Origin: Mytilus edulis
Taxonomy: Eukaryota
DNA length: 64,000 nucleotides
Assembly (NCBI RefSeq): GCF_963676685.1
Contig: NC_092344.1
Location: 102,114,001-102,178,000 of the forward strand
Direction of reading: 5' to 3'
Shown here: one piece after another, positions 50,978 to 64,000 of the stretch
Layout: every line of letters starts with the position of its first letter
Position numbering within the stretch: the first letter of the stretch is position 1
The notes under the pieces: generated by a model
What the model saw: only the letters and a program-made list of their open reading frames with translations
Database searches by the model: none
Told to the model about the DNA's origin: nothing
Translations under genes and position numbers: made by a program

Positions 50978-52932
50978 TTCAAAATGGAGATGTTCAGATA
51001 ATTCTTACTGTGATATTAATTACTGAAAAAATGTTACTATGCACATACATAGTTGAATACAAGTGTATATATATTGGTGTTATTTAATGCATTAAAATTG
51101 AAATTGACCCATATCTCTAATTTCTGAGAGTGAAAACTGTGCTCTCTGAGGCAAGATTTAAGAAGAGGGGTTGATTCACAAACAGCAATTTTCATTTATG
51201 TCAAAGAAGGGGATATATTTACACCCTGTCCCACTTGTATGCTGATCTGAATAACACACTTTGAGTCACCATTTGATTGACTTTTGACTACTATTTCTTA
51301 TTGATTCCAGAAGTTGCTTCATTTGCATTGTAAAAAATGATTTCTATTGACTGCTGAGACTAATGTTTATCATCATTGCAGAATTTCTGAAAAGGGCTAG
51401 GAAAATCAACAAAATGTAAACTTCATTGGAAAATAGTGTGTCAAAATAGTTTGTGTCTGTGGTATTTTTATGTTGAGTTTGTCTTTTATAATTAGGAAAC
51501 AAAAGAAATACTTTGTGTTATGTAATATTTTAGAAAATTCAAGCTCTAAATACTATCAATAACATCAATAACTCCTACAAGGAATTTGAATCCTAAACTA
51601 TTGTATATAACAGAGATTCTGAATGTGGGCATGTATTCTTAGCTGCCTATGAATGTAAGAATAAGAAGATTTGGTAAGATTGCTAATGATTAACTAACCA
51701 CAAGAGAACAGAGACAAATGTCAACAACGAGCAAAACCTATACCATATAGCAAGCCGACCTATTAACTGTCAAAGTGTTGTTCTCATTGAAAAACAAAAA
51801 TAACTTATGTTGGATCTATGTGCTGGTTCAATAAGTTTTGCCTCAATTGTGTAACTGTGTCTTGTAAATACAGTTTGCTCTGCATCTGCATTGTCAACAC
51901 AATTCTTCTAACAAGATTATTGTAAATAGAATCTAGGTCTTGCATTGTTTGATTTTTTATAAATATATATAGATGTTCATGGGAGTAAATTGTTGATTTG
52001 TCCCTTTACTTTTTAAAGATTTATGCTGTTTGAACTCCAAAATGTCTTATATGTCCAGCACCAGCATGTGACATGTTAAAGTATGACGTCTACATGAAAC
52101 CACTGGACTGGTATATCCTGATATACATATGTGCATGGGAGATGTTATTCTGGTCAATTGAGCTTTCCCTTTGTTATACCTTTAAGCTTGTAAGTTTGGA
52201 GCATGTCTAACACCCACCTTGCCATTGTGTTTGTTCTTGTATTGTAATGTTTTTTACAGGAAACGTGGTACATTGTCAGATTCTAATACACAGGTTAACA
52301 TGTGAGTAGCAAGTGCTGATTCATTTAGTTCCCAAGTGAGTTTTTATCCTGTTCGAAATTTATTTGCCATTAAAAATTGCATATCCTGTTAATCATATCT
52401 ACATGAGACTAATTAAATTAACTCTATGCATTTGGGTAGAATGCTCTATTGAAGTTATGAAAACCGGAGTCAAACCTTCATATCGAACATGTGCAGTTCT
52501 CTATACTATTGCAGCTTATACCCTTATAGGTTAAGTTATATGTGGAACCTCTCTCTATTTGATATGACTTCATTAATGAGAGGAGGATTTTCGTAGATGA
52601 AATGCTTCACTATTATTTAGGACAAAGTAAATCATTGTCGTTTCATTACAAGGAACTTGTTTGACATTTCTGTAAAATTATCTTCTAGATGTCTCAGATC
52701 TTCAATGCCAGTTTCAGACATCTAGATCTGTGATGTTGAAAATTACTATTGGTCCCATGTTTAATCATCTTCATCAAACGTATTGCAAATGTAAAGTAAT
52801 GCCAAAACATTGATAATTTTGTCAACATCGACGCAGAACAAATGTATAAAAGCTTTGGTTTGTATATGATCTGTTTACACGCGTTCTTAGGGTGATCTAT
52901 TGTTGTTTTTATAATGTAAATCTTTCATATTA

Positions 52933-52938
52933 AATAAA
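52933..52938 (+). terminator. Candidate polyadenylation signal for ZNF277
   Basis: AATAAA about 2 kb after the stop, ending a largely repeat-poor stretch; an ATTAAA at ~51091 is an alternative. Confidence 0.3.
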
Positions 52939-54895
52939 CCACATTACCAAACATTTTCAAATGATTTCTGTAAACATTCTTTAATCTTATTTAACCTATT
53001 AAGTCATGAAGTATTACAGATGGTTCGTTTTGATTACTTATTTAAATCGTTAATGAAGAAAACTAGTCTTGCCCTCGGTTAAGATATACTGTAAATGGTC
53101 TATTGTAAGGTATCTTGTTAACCTTTTTGAAAGAAGATTTGCATGGACGGGTTGGAGGTCATCTTTGTTTCCTCAAAATATTTATTAAAACAGGTTAGAT
53201 AAACATAAGTTTAAGATGGCAAAACCGATAGCTTTGTAACGATTTTTTAGAAATTTTAAATCCTTGCCTTATTCGTAACATCGCAACCATGACGGTGATA
53301 AAATTATCTCCATATCATTGGAAAATTTAATCCCTTTTCTGAACAATTGAGTTTAAAGTAGTTTTGTTGATCGGATGGATGCGTCTTCTATCCCAAATAA
53401 GTATGAGAAAAGGAATGTTTCTCTATGTAACAAGCGGGTTAAGTAGTTTGACAATTGCTGAAGAGAAACATGATACATGCATTCAGATTCTATAGAATAA
53501 TGCACCCAATGGGGCATGGGCAACTATGTAATGAGAAAATTATATATTGGATCAGCATTTGGTGGTCTTTTTAATTTCTTTGGCCATCTACAAAACGTTT
53601 GAAAATTTGTCAATGGTTGGACCACTTAAATATTGATATCTAGTGTTTATGCATATTGTTGAGGTATAATGTAACCTAAGTTATTTATTAGGTCATCAGA
53701 TGAATGGTGTCCTCTATACAACGTTCTGGGTTTTTTGTCCAAAGACATTTGCGCCTCTCTGAAATTGTAGAGTAGAAATATTGTAGGAATGTGTATCTAT
53801 AATGTAATAATGTCACTTAATCAAACAATACTATGTTTTCTTTAAACATTAGATTATAATTTACATGAAAATCGTTTCGAGCTTGAAAGAATCTTAAAGT
53901 ACTATGAATTACGACTAATCCAAAAATCAAATAAAAATTTGAAACAAATTTAGCTGACTAATTTTTCATATTAAATATATAACATATTGAACTAGATTTT
54001 AAGTTCTTAATCATGTAAACAGCAGAGTATATGATAATATACATATACCCGTAACAATAACGCCCACCTAACTTATTTTTATTTTTTGACTCAGTAGAGG
54101 ATAAGACATAATTATAAATTCAGTACAAAGTTGTAGATAATATGATGTAAGGTTACATCTTATTGTTCAATGTTAATTTTTACAGATAAACGTCTTTGTG
54201 TCCGTATTTGTTTAATACAATGGTTGTATGATACAACAGCCCATTCATAGTGAAGCCTGAATGTTATGAACATGTATGATTCATTTATTGTATAGACAAA
54301 TTACCATACTGAAAAGTATCCTCGTTTCATTTAGTGATTTTTTTTTCGAAAAATTAAAGAAAATATTTAGTGTCATGAGTGTTATATTTTTAGAATCATC
54401 GCTATCTTTAAGGGAAAGAAAGTAGAATCACTAAAATACTGAACTCCGAGGAAAATATAAAACGGAAAGTCCCTAATCAAAGGGCAAAATCAAAAGCTTA
54501 AAAGCACATCAAACGAATGAATAACAACTGTCATATTCCTGACTTGGTACAGGCATTTTCTTATGTAGAAAAAGGTGGATTGAACCTGGTTTTATAGCTA
54601 GCTTAACCTCTCACTTGTGTGACAGTCGCATCAAATTCCATTAAATTGACAACGATACGTGAACAAAACAAATAGACATAATAGATAAAAATGTCAATAA
54701 TACAGCAGTCAACATTGTGCTATAATCCTAATCACAAAAAAACTGGTGACATAAAAACATGCAACAAAGAAGCACAAAATGGCATACAGACCCACGGGCT
54801 TCGGTCACAATTTGTCCACAAGATATGCAAGTGGTTGTTCTGTGCAGCTTTCAATGGTTGCCTCATACTAATGATAATGTATGTAATCTGTTGGT

Positions 54896-55770
54896 TTTTA
54901 TACGACCGCAAAAAAAAATTATGGGACCGTATAATGGTATGATGTCGTCCGAAGACACATTTGGTTTCCGGACAATAACTTTAGTTTATGAAATTATGTG
55001 AATGGATCTCTATGAAATTTAATAAGATGGTTCAATACCACAAAGGGAAGGTTGAGATTGATTTTGGGGATGCTGGTTCCAATCGTTTAGGAATTAGGGG
55101 CCCAAAGGGGGACCAAAACAAACATTTTTCTACTTTCAGGATAATAACTTGTGTATAAGTATTTCAATTGCTCTGATATTATACCACAATATTTAATACA
55201 ACAAATAGAAGGTTTGGATTCATTTTGGGGGTTATGGTGCCAATAGTTTAGGAATTAAGGGCCAAAAAGGGGCCAAAAACAAGCAGGCCAATAACTTGTG
55301 TGGATTCATTTTGGGGGTTATGGTGCCAACAGTTTAGGAATTAAGGGCCAAAAAGGGGCCAAAAACAAGCAGGCCAATAACTTGTGTTTAAGAGTATGGA
55401 TCTCTATGAAGTTGTACTACAAGACACCATACTACAAAGGCTGGGATTGAGTGTAGGGGTAATTGCTCAAAGGGAGGATTCAAAAAGTTTGGGGGTTCCA
55501 ATTTTTTTAAGAGGTTCATTATTTTTTTTCTCAAAATTTTTCGAATTTCAAATTTTTGATTTCAAGAAGAATCTTTAATTGCACAGTATTGCAAAATAGA
55601 TTTGTAAGATCTTGTCATTTATTTTGTGTCAGAAACCTATACTATGTCAAAATTTGATCACAATCCAAATTCAGACAGTATCAAGATTAAATATTGTGTC
55701 CAAATTTGGCCCTGCTGTTCAGGGTTTAACCCCTGCGGTTGTATCAGGCTGCGCTCAGCGAAGCAATTTA
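54896..55770 (+). mobile_element. HINE-type element with internal GGAATTA.GGGCCAAAAAGGGG repeats
   Basis: TTTTATACGACCGC start; GCGGTTGTAT subterminal inverted copy and 3' GC hairpin; ~84-bp internal tandem duplication. Confidence 0.7.
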
Positions 55771-56432
55771 TTTTACTAGATATCAAGGATTTATGATTAA
55801 CATACAACACACGTCCTTATTGGTATACATATATTTCCGTCTTGGTAAATGTATTGCTTAAATGTGTCAAAACATCAATAATTCTAAAACCTACATCAGC
55901 ATATTTATCTTCTATAATTATGATGTTGCATTCACGACCAATCAGACAACATAACATACAATACAGATGCTGCCACGCGGTAATGCGGTCATGTAAGTTT
56001 GTAATGTTGCAAGATTGTTACAAGACAAGGAAGGGGTGGTGCCAGCAAGAATATTTAACCCCACCATTTTCTGTAGGTGCCTGTTCCAACTCAGGAGCCC
56101 GTAATTCACTGGTAATCGTTTGTTGCTGTATATCATGTTCGTTTTTCTCTTTGCTTTGTATATACATTAGGCAGTTGGTTTTCTGGTTTGGATTGTTTTA
56201 CGTTTGTCATATCGGGCCTTTTATAGCTTACTATGCAGTATTAGTTTTGGTCATTGTTGAAGGCCGTACGGTGACCCATAGTTGTTACATTCTATTTAAT
56301 GTAGCCTCTTCTTTGGCGATCATACCAAATGTTATTTTGATAATTAAGCAATATGCCAAGATTTAAATCGCCCAATAATGTGATACTTAAATTGGAATCC
56401 ATGTCATCTGCAACGAAAGTATGATTTAGGAG

Positions 56433-56549
56433 CACAGGCACTCGTCTCGGAATTTTTTTTTATATACGTTTATATAACACCTTTTTATATAACACAAGGT
56501 GTTATATAAAGGTATATAGGACATTTTTTTTCTGAGACGAGTGCCTGTG
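56433..56549. mobile_element. Small palindromic MITE
   Basis: CACAGGCACTCGTCTC / GAGACGAGTGCCTGTG; flanks TTTAGGAG / TTTAGGAT (7/8). Confidence 0.8.
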
Positions 56550-59500
56550 TTTAGGATGTAGGGATGTCTACTAAAAATATCCAGGACCATGGATTGACAG
56601 AGCCAGATAATATTAGTAATTTACTTTTATATTTGAATATTTCATACTCAACTAGTAACTTTTACTTAAATGTATATGTATCATTGCAATTCCGTTGCCA
56701 GCTATAAAGTTGTGCATTTTTGGGCCTGCTTTGCTTTTTCACACAAATGCCGATTCGTCGCTGATTTATTGAACTGTTTGCTGATGTAAAAACATTAAAA
56801 CAATATAATAGTACTGATGAAAGCCATGGTGTGTATTTTTAAAAGTAGCAGATGCATCATCCCACAACTGATAAAAAAACATCAGTCCTTGGTTAAACAA
56901 TTATTTGGGCTCCATAATGCTGAATAGGCCATATACCCTGTCAACTTACATATCCTTGTGGATAAATTGTGACAGAAGCCCGTATCACTTGTATTATAAG
57001 TTATTGGCAATGTAAATATATGATTTGACAAATAGATCAGGTACGAAGTACAAGTTATCCCCAAATTTTGAATTGGATTAAAGTAGGATTATATACTGAC
57101 GTATCGGCAGGAGGTTCCTAATCGGATTGGCGTCTCTAAAATCTATTCACAGTCACTATACTTCAACCACTCTGCAGATCATTCTACTTTGTAATGAAAG
57201 ATTATCAAGGATAATTAGTTAACACAGAAAGTTCTTACTGTTTTCTTTAATCCTTCAGTCAAAATTTTACCGTGGGAAAGTGTTGATAAAGGACCAATTT
57301 GGTCTCAAAATCTTAATCCTATATCACCGTATCATTTGCTTTTCTCTTGCAAGTTGTTTTTGGTCTGGCGTATGAAAGCTATATATGAGGAAAACTTCAA
57401 TACCAATAATATTTTTAAAAAGGTCAATAAGTCACATTTCACATGCGGGTATCTTGGGTAAATTCTGTCTCATATATTTTTCGTATTAGATTTCCTACAC
57501 CGTTAGTTTTGTATATTCTAATGTTAACTTATATGGCCGAATGATCTGTAATGTTTTTAATTTATATCTCAGAAATCTCTATGTTATATCGACGAAATTT
57601 TATACTGCTACTTTTGGTGTGTGAACGAGGCGGATACTGGTGTGTTCGAGGGTAGTTACATGTGTTTATCCACCTATTTCGATTTATTTATGGTTTAGCA
57701 TTAAACGACGTTTGAATTCTTGCATATTCACTCTCTACCATATACTGTAGATTTGTCGTTTAAAAGACTGTACTAGTTAAACAGGTGCCCCTCTTTGACA
57801 TAAGTTTGCTGCAGAATGAGAGAAGCCTAAGTGACCATATTCCATACCGTTGTCATTAAATTATAACTACTAGCTTAAAATAAACTCGGTCACCCTTTTA
57901 TATGTATAATATTTTTTTAGATTACACGATAAAAAATACACTTTGGCAAAGTACTATCAGTATCTGTTTAGTTTACGATATATTGTGTATATAGAAACGT
58001 TTGATGATATGCTTGTCTTCCCAGAAAACGTATTTCTATTCTCCATTTGGCCCATGGGACCATTGGCACCTATTGCTACCAGACATTGCTACTGGCATGC
58101 GTCTTAAAAGACCTTTTGATTTTTCGCACTTGCGAGATTAATGGAACAGTTTAAACAAACTTGATATTCTTCAATTCTGACAAAAAAAGTGACCGCCAGA
58201 AACACACGTTGGGCTTATTTATCAACTTTTCAATTTTATTTTCTCAAATACGACATAATCGCTTCCTTTCAAACTCATCAGTCTTGCAACGATTTAGTCA
58301 TGTATATGCAAACAAATGCCACGGATTTTTAATATATCATATTTTATATGGAATTTCATTTAATCTGAAACAAGGTGACCAATGTGCAACATACATTTAA
58401 GAATGGTATATTGCATGTCTTTTCAGGATAAATGTTTGTCTTTTTGAAGTCAAACTTGAAAGGAATCATGATTAGGAAAGATGTCTGCAATACAGCATGC
58501 CGGATAACGGAAAGTGCACATATATATATATGTATAATTACGTGAATAACAAAATTTCAAAAGTTTTCTCTTTTATTCCAAAATACCTGCTTTAAGCGAT
58601 TTCATGCAAGTACAAATATTATTAAAGAGGTCTTTTTCGTACATGTAAATAAGTCGCAAAAAGGTCATATTGAATTAAATATTTATTAAAATAGATCTTC
58701 TTTAAAAAGTTTGAAATTAAAAACTAATCTTTGTGACTTTTAACGGTTCCATAAATCCTAACCTGTGGGAAAATAAACGACTATCCAGCAATTAAAAACC
58801 AACGATTTATAAGAAGTGCCTGGGAGCTGCACTATTTACCCTTCCTATACTTAACAATTAATAAAAGGTTGCAAAAAGAGGTGTAAGAGGATTCATAAGG
58901 AAAAAAGGACATGTTTGTATGATCAAAATTGACCTAATAGTTCTAATTTATATAAGTCTTATCGTAGTCTTTTTGTATTGTGCATTTAATGTACGCATGC
59001 AGTTTAATTGTATTTGAATTTTCAGTAGATATATATAAAGGTGTTTTATTGTAAAGTAATGGTTAAAAAAGAAATGATGATGGTGCTGCAACAGTATTTT
59101 CTATATATCTGGAGTCTTTTGTATTGATCACGATCAACATTTATTGTTCAGATGTCATGTTTAAATAAACAAGAGCAAAAACATGCTCTTGTTTATTTAT
59201 TCTGCATGTGCGTGGAGTAAATGAATTTTACATCTGGTTTCTAGTTTTCTATATTCATTCAAGTTTTCTGTGCATGGTTTAGTCGGACTTTTTGGTTCGC
59301 AATATTACATGGGTGTCTTTTTTCATGACTGTTTAAACCATGCAGTACTAACAGAAGTAGCATACAATATCCATAGAATTAAGTCACAAACTAAACAAGT
59401 ACAAACAATACATAACATAAATCGTGAAATTGTCGGGTAATTCAGTATTTGTAAGCTTTATACTGTAGCTAGAACTCTTCATGTGATCTCTAACTTCCAA

Positions 59501-61037
59501 ATATAGTAACTGATAATTCGTGCAATTTCAATATCATGCCACGTCACTTGTCTTCTAAATTTTGTGTTACGAATTATTTGTATTAAAATGCATTACTTTA
59601 ATTGTAATCATTTAAGCTGCAGTACAAAAAACTACTTTTGGTAATTGTCAAAAAAATATAAATTTGCTGGAATTTAGCACGAAAAGGTGGAAGGGATCGG
59701 TTAACCTCACCCTTCCCTAGTTACTAAGCCACATACACAAACGTTGATACTTTTTTTCTGTTTTGTTGTGGTTCGTGTTGCTCAGTCATTGGTTTTCTAT
59801 GTTGCGTTTAGTATAATTTTGTTTGTTTAAATATCCCTTCAGCTTTGTTGGCTTTCGCCTCTCTTTTAAATGTAAAGACTGAAAACGTATTTCTGAAATG
59901 ACTCTGTAGGTGAAATAAATATGCTTGCTTTGCGAATAATTTTAAACCTGCATGTACTTTTTGCTTCTTGTATTGTTGTTCGCCGCTTGGATGGGTCAGG
60001 CCCTATCCAACTGACGGTGAACAGTTCGTTCTTGTGTTGTGCTTTTTAACCACTGTTTCAAGCTTAAGTTAAAACCACTGTTCCAGATTAGAAATTCTGC
60101 GTTAACATACATGTTTTACTCCGGCACTTTTTTTTTGTGTGTCTGTCCCAAGTCAGGAACCTGAAATCAATTGGTACTAGTATACCTATAGTTTTGGGTT
60201 GCCGTCTACATTATTGTTTTCTATTTTGAATTATTTAACATTTGGCATGTCGGGTTGATTTATTTGTTATTCTCTTGAAATAAAGAGTATCTAAAATTTA
60301 TATAGCTTACTGAAGTGTATACAGTATTGGTTTTGTTCATTATTGAAGTTTTTAAAGAGATCTGCATACTGGCATGTGTTATCATTATCATCCTTTTATC
60401 TCTGGTGGATAGATGTCTCATTTTAATAATACCACATCTCATTATTTCATTTTATAGAAAGTTAAAAAAAAACACACATATTTTAACCAACATCTTACTT
60501 TTGTGGAAATAGATGTAGAAGATACAAAGATATTGCAAAGATCCAGTTTCAAAGATTCAGACCCTATATATTGAACGTATATGAACCGTTCAGGCAACAA
60601 CTTTAGCTCAGAAACAAACTGAGAAAGACAACCAGACGCAGATTAAAGCAATTAGAATCTGGGTAAACCTGGGTTGCTATCTCATAAATGTTTACCAACT
60701 ATCTTCCACAACTGTTTCATGTAGTCCCTTTTCATTTTTGGAACACTATACATATGTGAATGACTGTAAAAAGTTCAAAATTTCAATTTTTAATGTTTGT
60801 ATATTTAAATACAATTATTAAATAATTAAACACAACTTTCACATTATCACAAATACATACAACAATAAGTATTAACAATCACAGTCATTTAGCACTTTCT
60901 ACACGACAACAGTATATGTAGACCATTTTTCACATTTGTTTGAGATCAAATCTTGCACCTTTAGCCGAATGCTATATAAAAATTCGGTCCATCATGCAAA
61001 AGCATTTAAAAGAATTCATGATTGCACATAATAAGGG

Positions 61038-63671
61038 TCAAACATAAGTTGATTGCATGTTGTGTAAACCCCCGGTACAAAAAGGCGGCGCTTCAGAAGG
61101 ATCATTATCCACTGTGGTATAACCGTCCTCATCCTGATGTGGACGTCTGCTCTCGTCCAAATTTATTCCCATGTCTTTTATTTTATTTTCTATCTCAAGA
61201 GACTCTGAAAAACATGCTCTTTTCTGTTTACTATCCAATAAGAAATAGAAATTTTCTCTTCTCTTCGGTGGAGGTTGTCGAATGCCATCGATATAGTTCA
61301 GCAAGTCAGCAGCCGACCACCTCGAAACGAATTCATTCGGAACAGTTTTCGAAGGATCTGATGGATCGTATGAGAACGATCTGGGTTTACTGAGTTGATG
61401 ATTTCGGTGATTGCTTGAGGTAGAAATAATGTTAATGTCATTCTGCAAATTTTGTTGGAAATTTGGATTAGATTGAATTCTTTGTTGTTGCAAACGAAAG
61501 TTTGCATTGAAGTCTGTTCGAATAGGCTCGGACATTTTTCTATCATTTATATTTCTTGCGGGTAAAGCTGGAGGGTGATATTTATGAGGAAGCAACCCAT
61601 TCAACCTCATTCTTAAAATTTCCTCATATTGCAGAAGATCATCTCCAGGAATAGTTTCATACACATGATCATCTTTCTCGTCCCTTCGTGGCGTTTGACA
61701 TCCAGGCAATCGAGTTGTTGCATACGGTGAACAACCTGGCAGTTTAGTGGTTGCATATGGCGCACAACCTTCGAACACAATATGATTTCGTTTATCCCTG
61801 GAATCAAACGAATGATTCATATGAAATTTTTCTGAGTGAATATCATGTGATCTTATCTCTGGCTCACTAAGTTGTCTTGAAAATTCAGGATAAGAAGTTT
61901 TATCAAACTCTGAACTATGAGGTAGATATTGTCTATTTTGAAATGAAGGATCACTCCCCAATGGCCGCCTCACACATCTAACGGACACTTTCCCTTGTGA
62001 CGACAAGAGGGCGGGTTGAAAGTTTTCACGAGATTGTTCACAATTTTCCTGTTGACTTACGCTTGTATTAACACCACTTTCATTTTCAATGTTTTTGACA
62101 GGTTTTCTTAAGACATCTGGCCTGTCTTTCCGCCATTGTACATGTCGCTTAAGTTTCCGAGATTTCATTTTGTTTTCCTGGTCCTTTTCAGCCTGTAAAT
62201 CGTGTATAATCTCAAACATTGAACGCGCGACTTTTGTTAGTTGATAATTGTTTATTTGTGCGGGGGAGAACCTGGTTGGAGTTTGATTGTCCGTTTGCTC
62301 TTGATGTGTCTGCACCGGTGGTCCTGTCTCCTCTGTAATTGATTTGTTTTGTTGAGATTGTTCATTCAATTCATTTTGCACAAACGTCTCTGGTTTACGT
62401 GTAACAATTGCACTCGTACAGATGGGTTGTCCGTGGGGTGATGGATGACTGTCCGACATTGAAAAATAGTCTATTGGTAATTCCATTGGCGGAACAGGTC
62501 GATTGTTTTGTTTTTTCTTTCCGTTCACAAATATATTGTCTATATCGGCTTCGTTTGTCGGCAGGGAATCACTCTCGTATCCACTAGATATCGTTACTGG
62601 AGAAGATTCACACGACAGTGTTTTGGACGGCATTTCTTTTTCTGGTGTAATTACATTATCAAATGACGCAGACCGTGTCAGGTCAGAATTTCCAGTTGCA
62701 CCACTAAGTTCTTCTCTAGAACATACCCTTCTTGGGCTTTTTGGTTTATTTTTTGTATTTAAGTCCAACTTCAGGCGAAATCTTGCACTTTTTGAGTCTC
62801 CTGGATTAAAAGCTGAAACATTTAGTATATTATTACGGCGATCCAAATCGTTTGTCAAATTAAGTGAGAGTGGAGTATTAGTAGCGCTACAACTTAGATT
62901 TAAATGGTTATTATGGATCTCCTCCTGAGGATAAGCATTAAGAGGACTAAATCCCACACAGCGATCAGCTGTTCGGTTTAAACACCCATTTGTTATTCTC
63001 AATGCCGGATTATCACGCTGACATACTCTATTGTCGGGTAGGTTTTTGTTCCTCGGATTTTGCTCACAGCCATTATGGTTCACTAATTGATCAGTTAAAT
63101 GACAATTTCTAATTATATCTCCCGATTGACGGGTCCTCCATGAATTGCCAAACCCATAGTCCTTTGTCAGAGTGACATTAGATCTCTGATCCTTTTTTCT
63201 ACGTTCATGCATCCTATCTCTATCACGATACGGCATATCAATGTTATCCAATCCGAGACTGTTTAAATCATTAACACCATGCACACAGTTTGAGGTATTG
63301 TCAGACGGTGTATTGTCCGAGACCGATCTACCGAGGCGACGTTTTCTGGCGATTTGATGCACACAGATAACCTCTCCAATTCGAAGTCCCAACTCGTTTT
63401 GATTCAGATGTTCATCACCAAGATTATGTTTCAGTCTATTTTCTTCACACGTTTCTTCGATTGCTTTATCTGGACTATCGCGGTGACGTTTATTAGATTT
63501 ACGTCGTTTTGCTGAGATTGGTCCTGTATTGATATAATTGTTTATATCCACGCGAGTTGATAATACTGCTGCTGATTTTGTTGGATAGGATAGACATATA
63601 AAATCCTCAAAAGTAACATATAACAACCACATCTGATTTGTCAACTCCTTACTCTGATCTCGTAGTTCATT
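61038..63671 (-). CDS. Large terminal coding exon (877 aa + stop) of a putative FAM89/LURAP-family adaptor with a long disordered tail; upstream exon(s) not found, probably right of the window
   Basis: 2.6-kb open frame in AT-rich DNA. Acceptor ttattttacag|AAT GAA CTA at 63671, phase 0. Starts NELRDQSKELTNQMWLLYVTFEDF and ends QSTYV*. Confidence 0.85.
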   Translation of the reverse strand, partial: NELRDQSKELTNQMWLLYVTFEDFICLSYPTKSAAVLSTRVDINNYINTGPISAKRRKSNKRHRDSPDKAIEETCEENRLKHNLGDEHLNQNELGLRIGEVICVHQIARKRRLGRSVSDNTPSDNTSNCVHGVNDLNSLGLDNIDMPYRDRDRMHERRKKDQRSNVTLTKDYGFGNSWRTRQSGDIIRNCHLTDQLVNHNGCEQNPRNKNLPDNRVCQRDNPALRITNGCLNRTADRCVGFSPLNAYPQEEIHNNHLNLSCSATNTPLSLNLTNDLDRRNNILNVSAFNPGDSKSARFRLKLDLNTKNKPKSPRRVCSREELSGATGNSDLTRSASFDNVITPEKEMPSKTLSCESSPVTISSGYESDSLPTNEADIDNIFVNGKKKQNNRPVPPMELPIDYFSMSDSHPSPHGQPICTSAIVTRKPETFVQNELNEQSQQNKSITEETGPPVQTHQEQTDNQTPTRFSPAQINNYQLTKVARSMFEIIHDLQAEKDQENKMKSRKLKRHVQWRKDRPDVLRKPVKNIENESGVNTSVSQQENCEQSRENFQPALLSSQGKVSVRCVRRPLGSDPSFQNRQYLPHSSEFDKTSYPEFSRQLSEPEIRSHDIHSEKFHMNHSFDSRDKRNHIVFEGCAPYATTKLPGCSPYATTRLPGCQTPRRDEKDDHVYETIPGDDLLQYEEILRMRLNGLLPHKYHPPALPARNINDRKMSEPIRTDFNANFRLQQQRIQSNPNFQQNLQNDINIISTSSNHRNHQLSKPRSFSYDPSDPSKTVPNEFVSRWSAADLLNYIDGIRQPPPKRRENFYFLLDSKQKRACFSESLEIENKIKDMGINLDESRRPHQDEDGYTTVDNDPSEAPPFCTGGLHNMQSTYV

Positions 63672-64000
63672 CTGTAAAATAAAAATAAATAGTTAGTTAT
63701 ACTCTCAAAAGTAGCATGACGGGAAATAAAGCATTTAAAAACTTAACCATTACATAAACAGTTTTTGGGGGTGTCACAGTTTGTTTAATTTTGTTTAGAT
63801 TGTGGTTATTGTTTTGTTTGTTGTTGTTGTTGTTGTGTTTTCCTTCTTGTTTTACTGTGGACGGTTTAAAGGGTCGGTTGTTATAATTTTATCTCGACAT
63901 ATACATGTAGCCAATGAACAATGTGTACAAAAATAAGTTGCTAGTACTGTACAATTCAGATTTCTTAAACTAACATTTTACATGTTTCAGGTTCTAAGTT

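Noticed and set aside
55842-56366. 174-aa hydrophobic ORF
   Set aside because: Largely overlaps an abundant interspersed repeat; TTG start; no recognisable domain
62503-62928. Overlapping + strand ORFs (also 61022-61393)
   Set aside because: Antisense shadows of the long minus-strand exon, with no independent features
63642-63644. TTG as start of an 868-aa single-exon gene
   Set aside because: The frame extends to a canonical splice acceptor at 63671, so this is a spliced terminal exon

Overview
AT-rich, intron-rich animal genomic DNA. The repeat families resemble those of bivalves, probably a Mytilus-type mussel (inference). The main feature is a complete 13-exon ZNF277 orthologue on the + strand (ATG 2002 to TAG 50977, 1326 nt CDS, 441 aa, all introns GT-AG with consistent phases), which the ORF track largely misses. 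About 290 bp upstream on the - strand is a 46-nt first coding exon (MELNTWNKSCHKYGV|gtaag) typical of DOCK-A/B GEFs. This gives a DOCK(3/4)-ZNF277 head-to-head pair like human DOCK4/ZNF277. At the right end, a 2.6-kb terminal exon on the - strand starts with a FAM89/LURAP-like helix. It continues as a ~850-aa disordered tail with Tyr, SH3-ligand and PDZ-ligand motifs. The introns hold a dead PHD-RT LINE that lacks its endonuclease, a tRNA-derived SINE, many MITEs with readable TSDs, Helentron/HINE-type elements with internal tandem arrays, and a 58-bp satellite with higher-order structure. One non-autonomous element has CACTGTG ends, a 5-bp TSD and asymmetric TIRs (Transib/RAG-like). No prokaryotic systems, CRISPR or rRNA. 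All family assignments are by eye and from memory; no searches were run.
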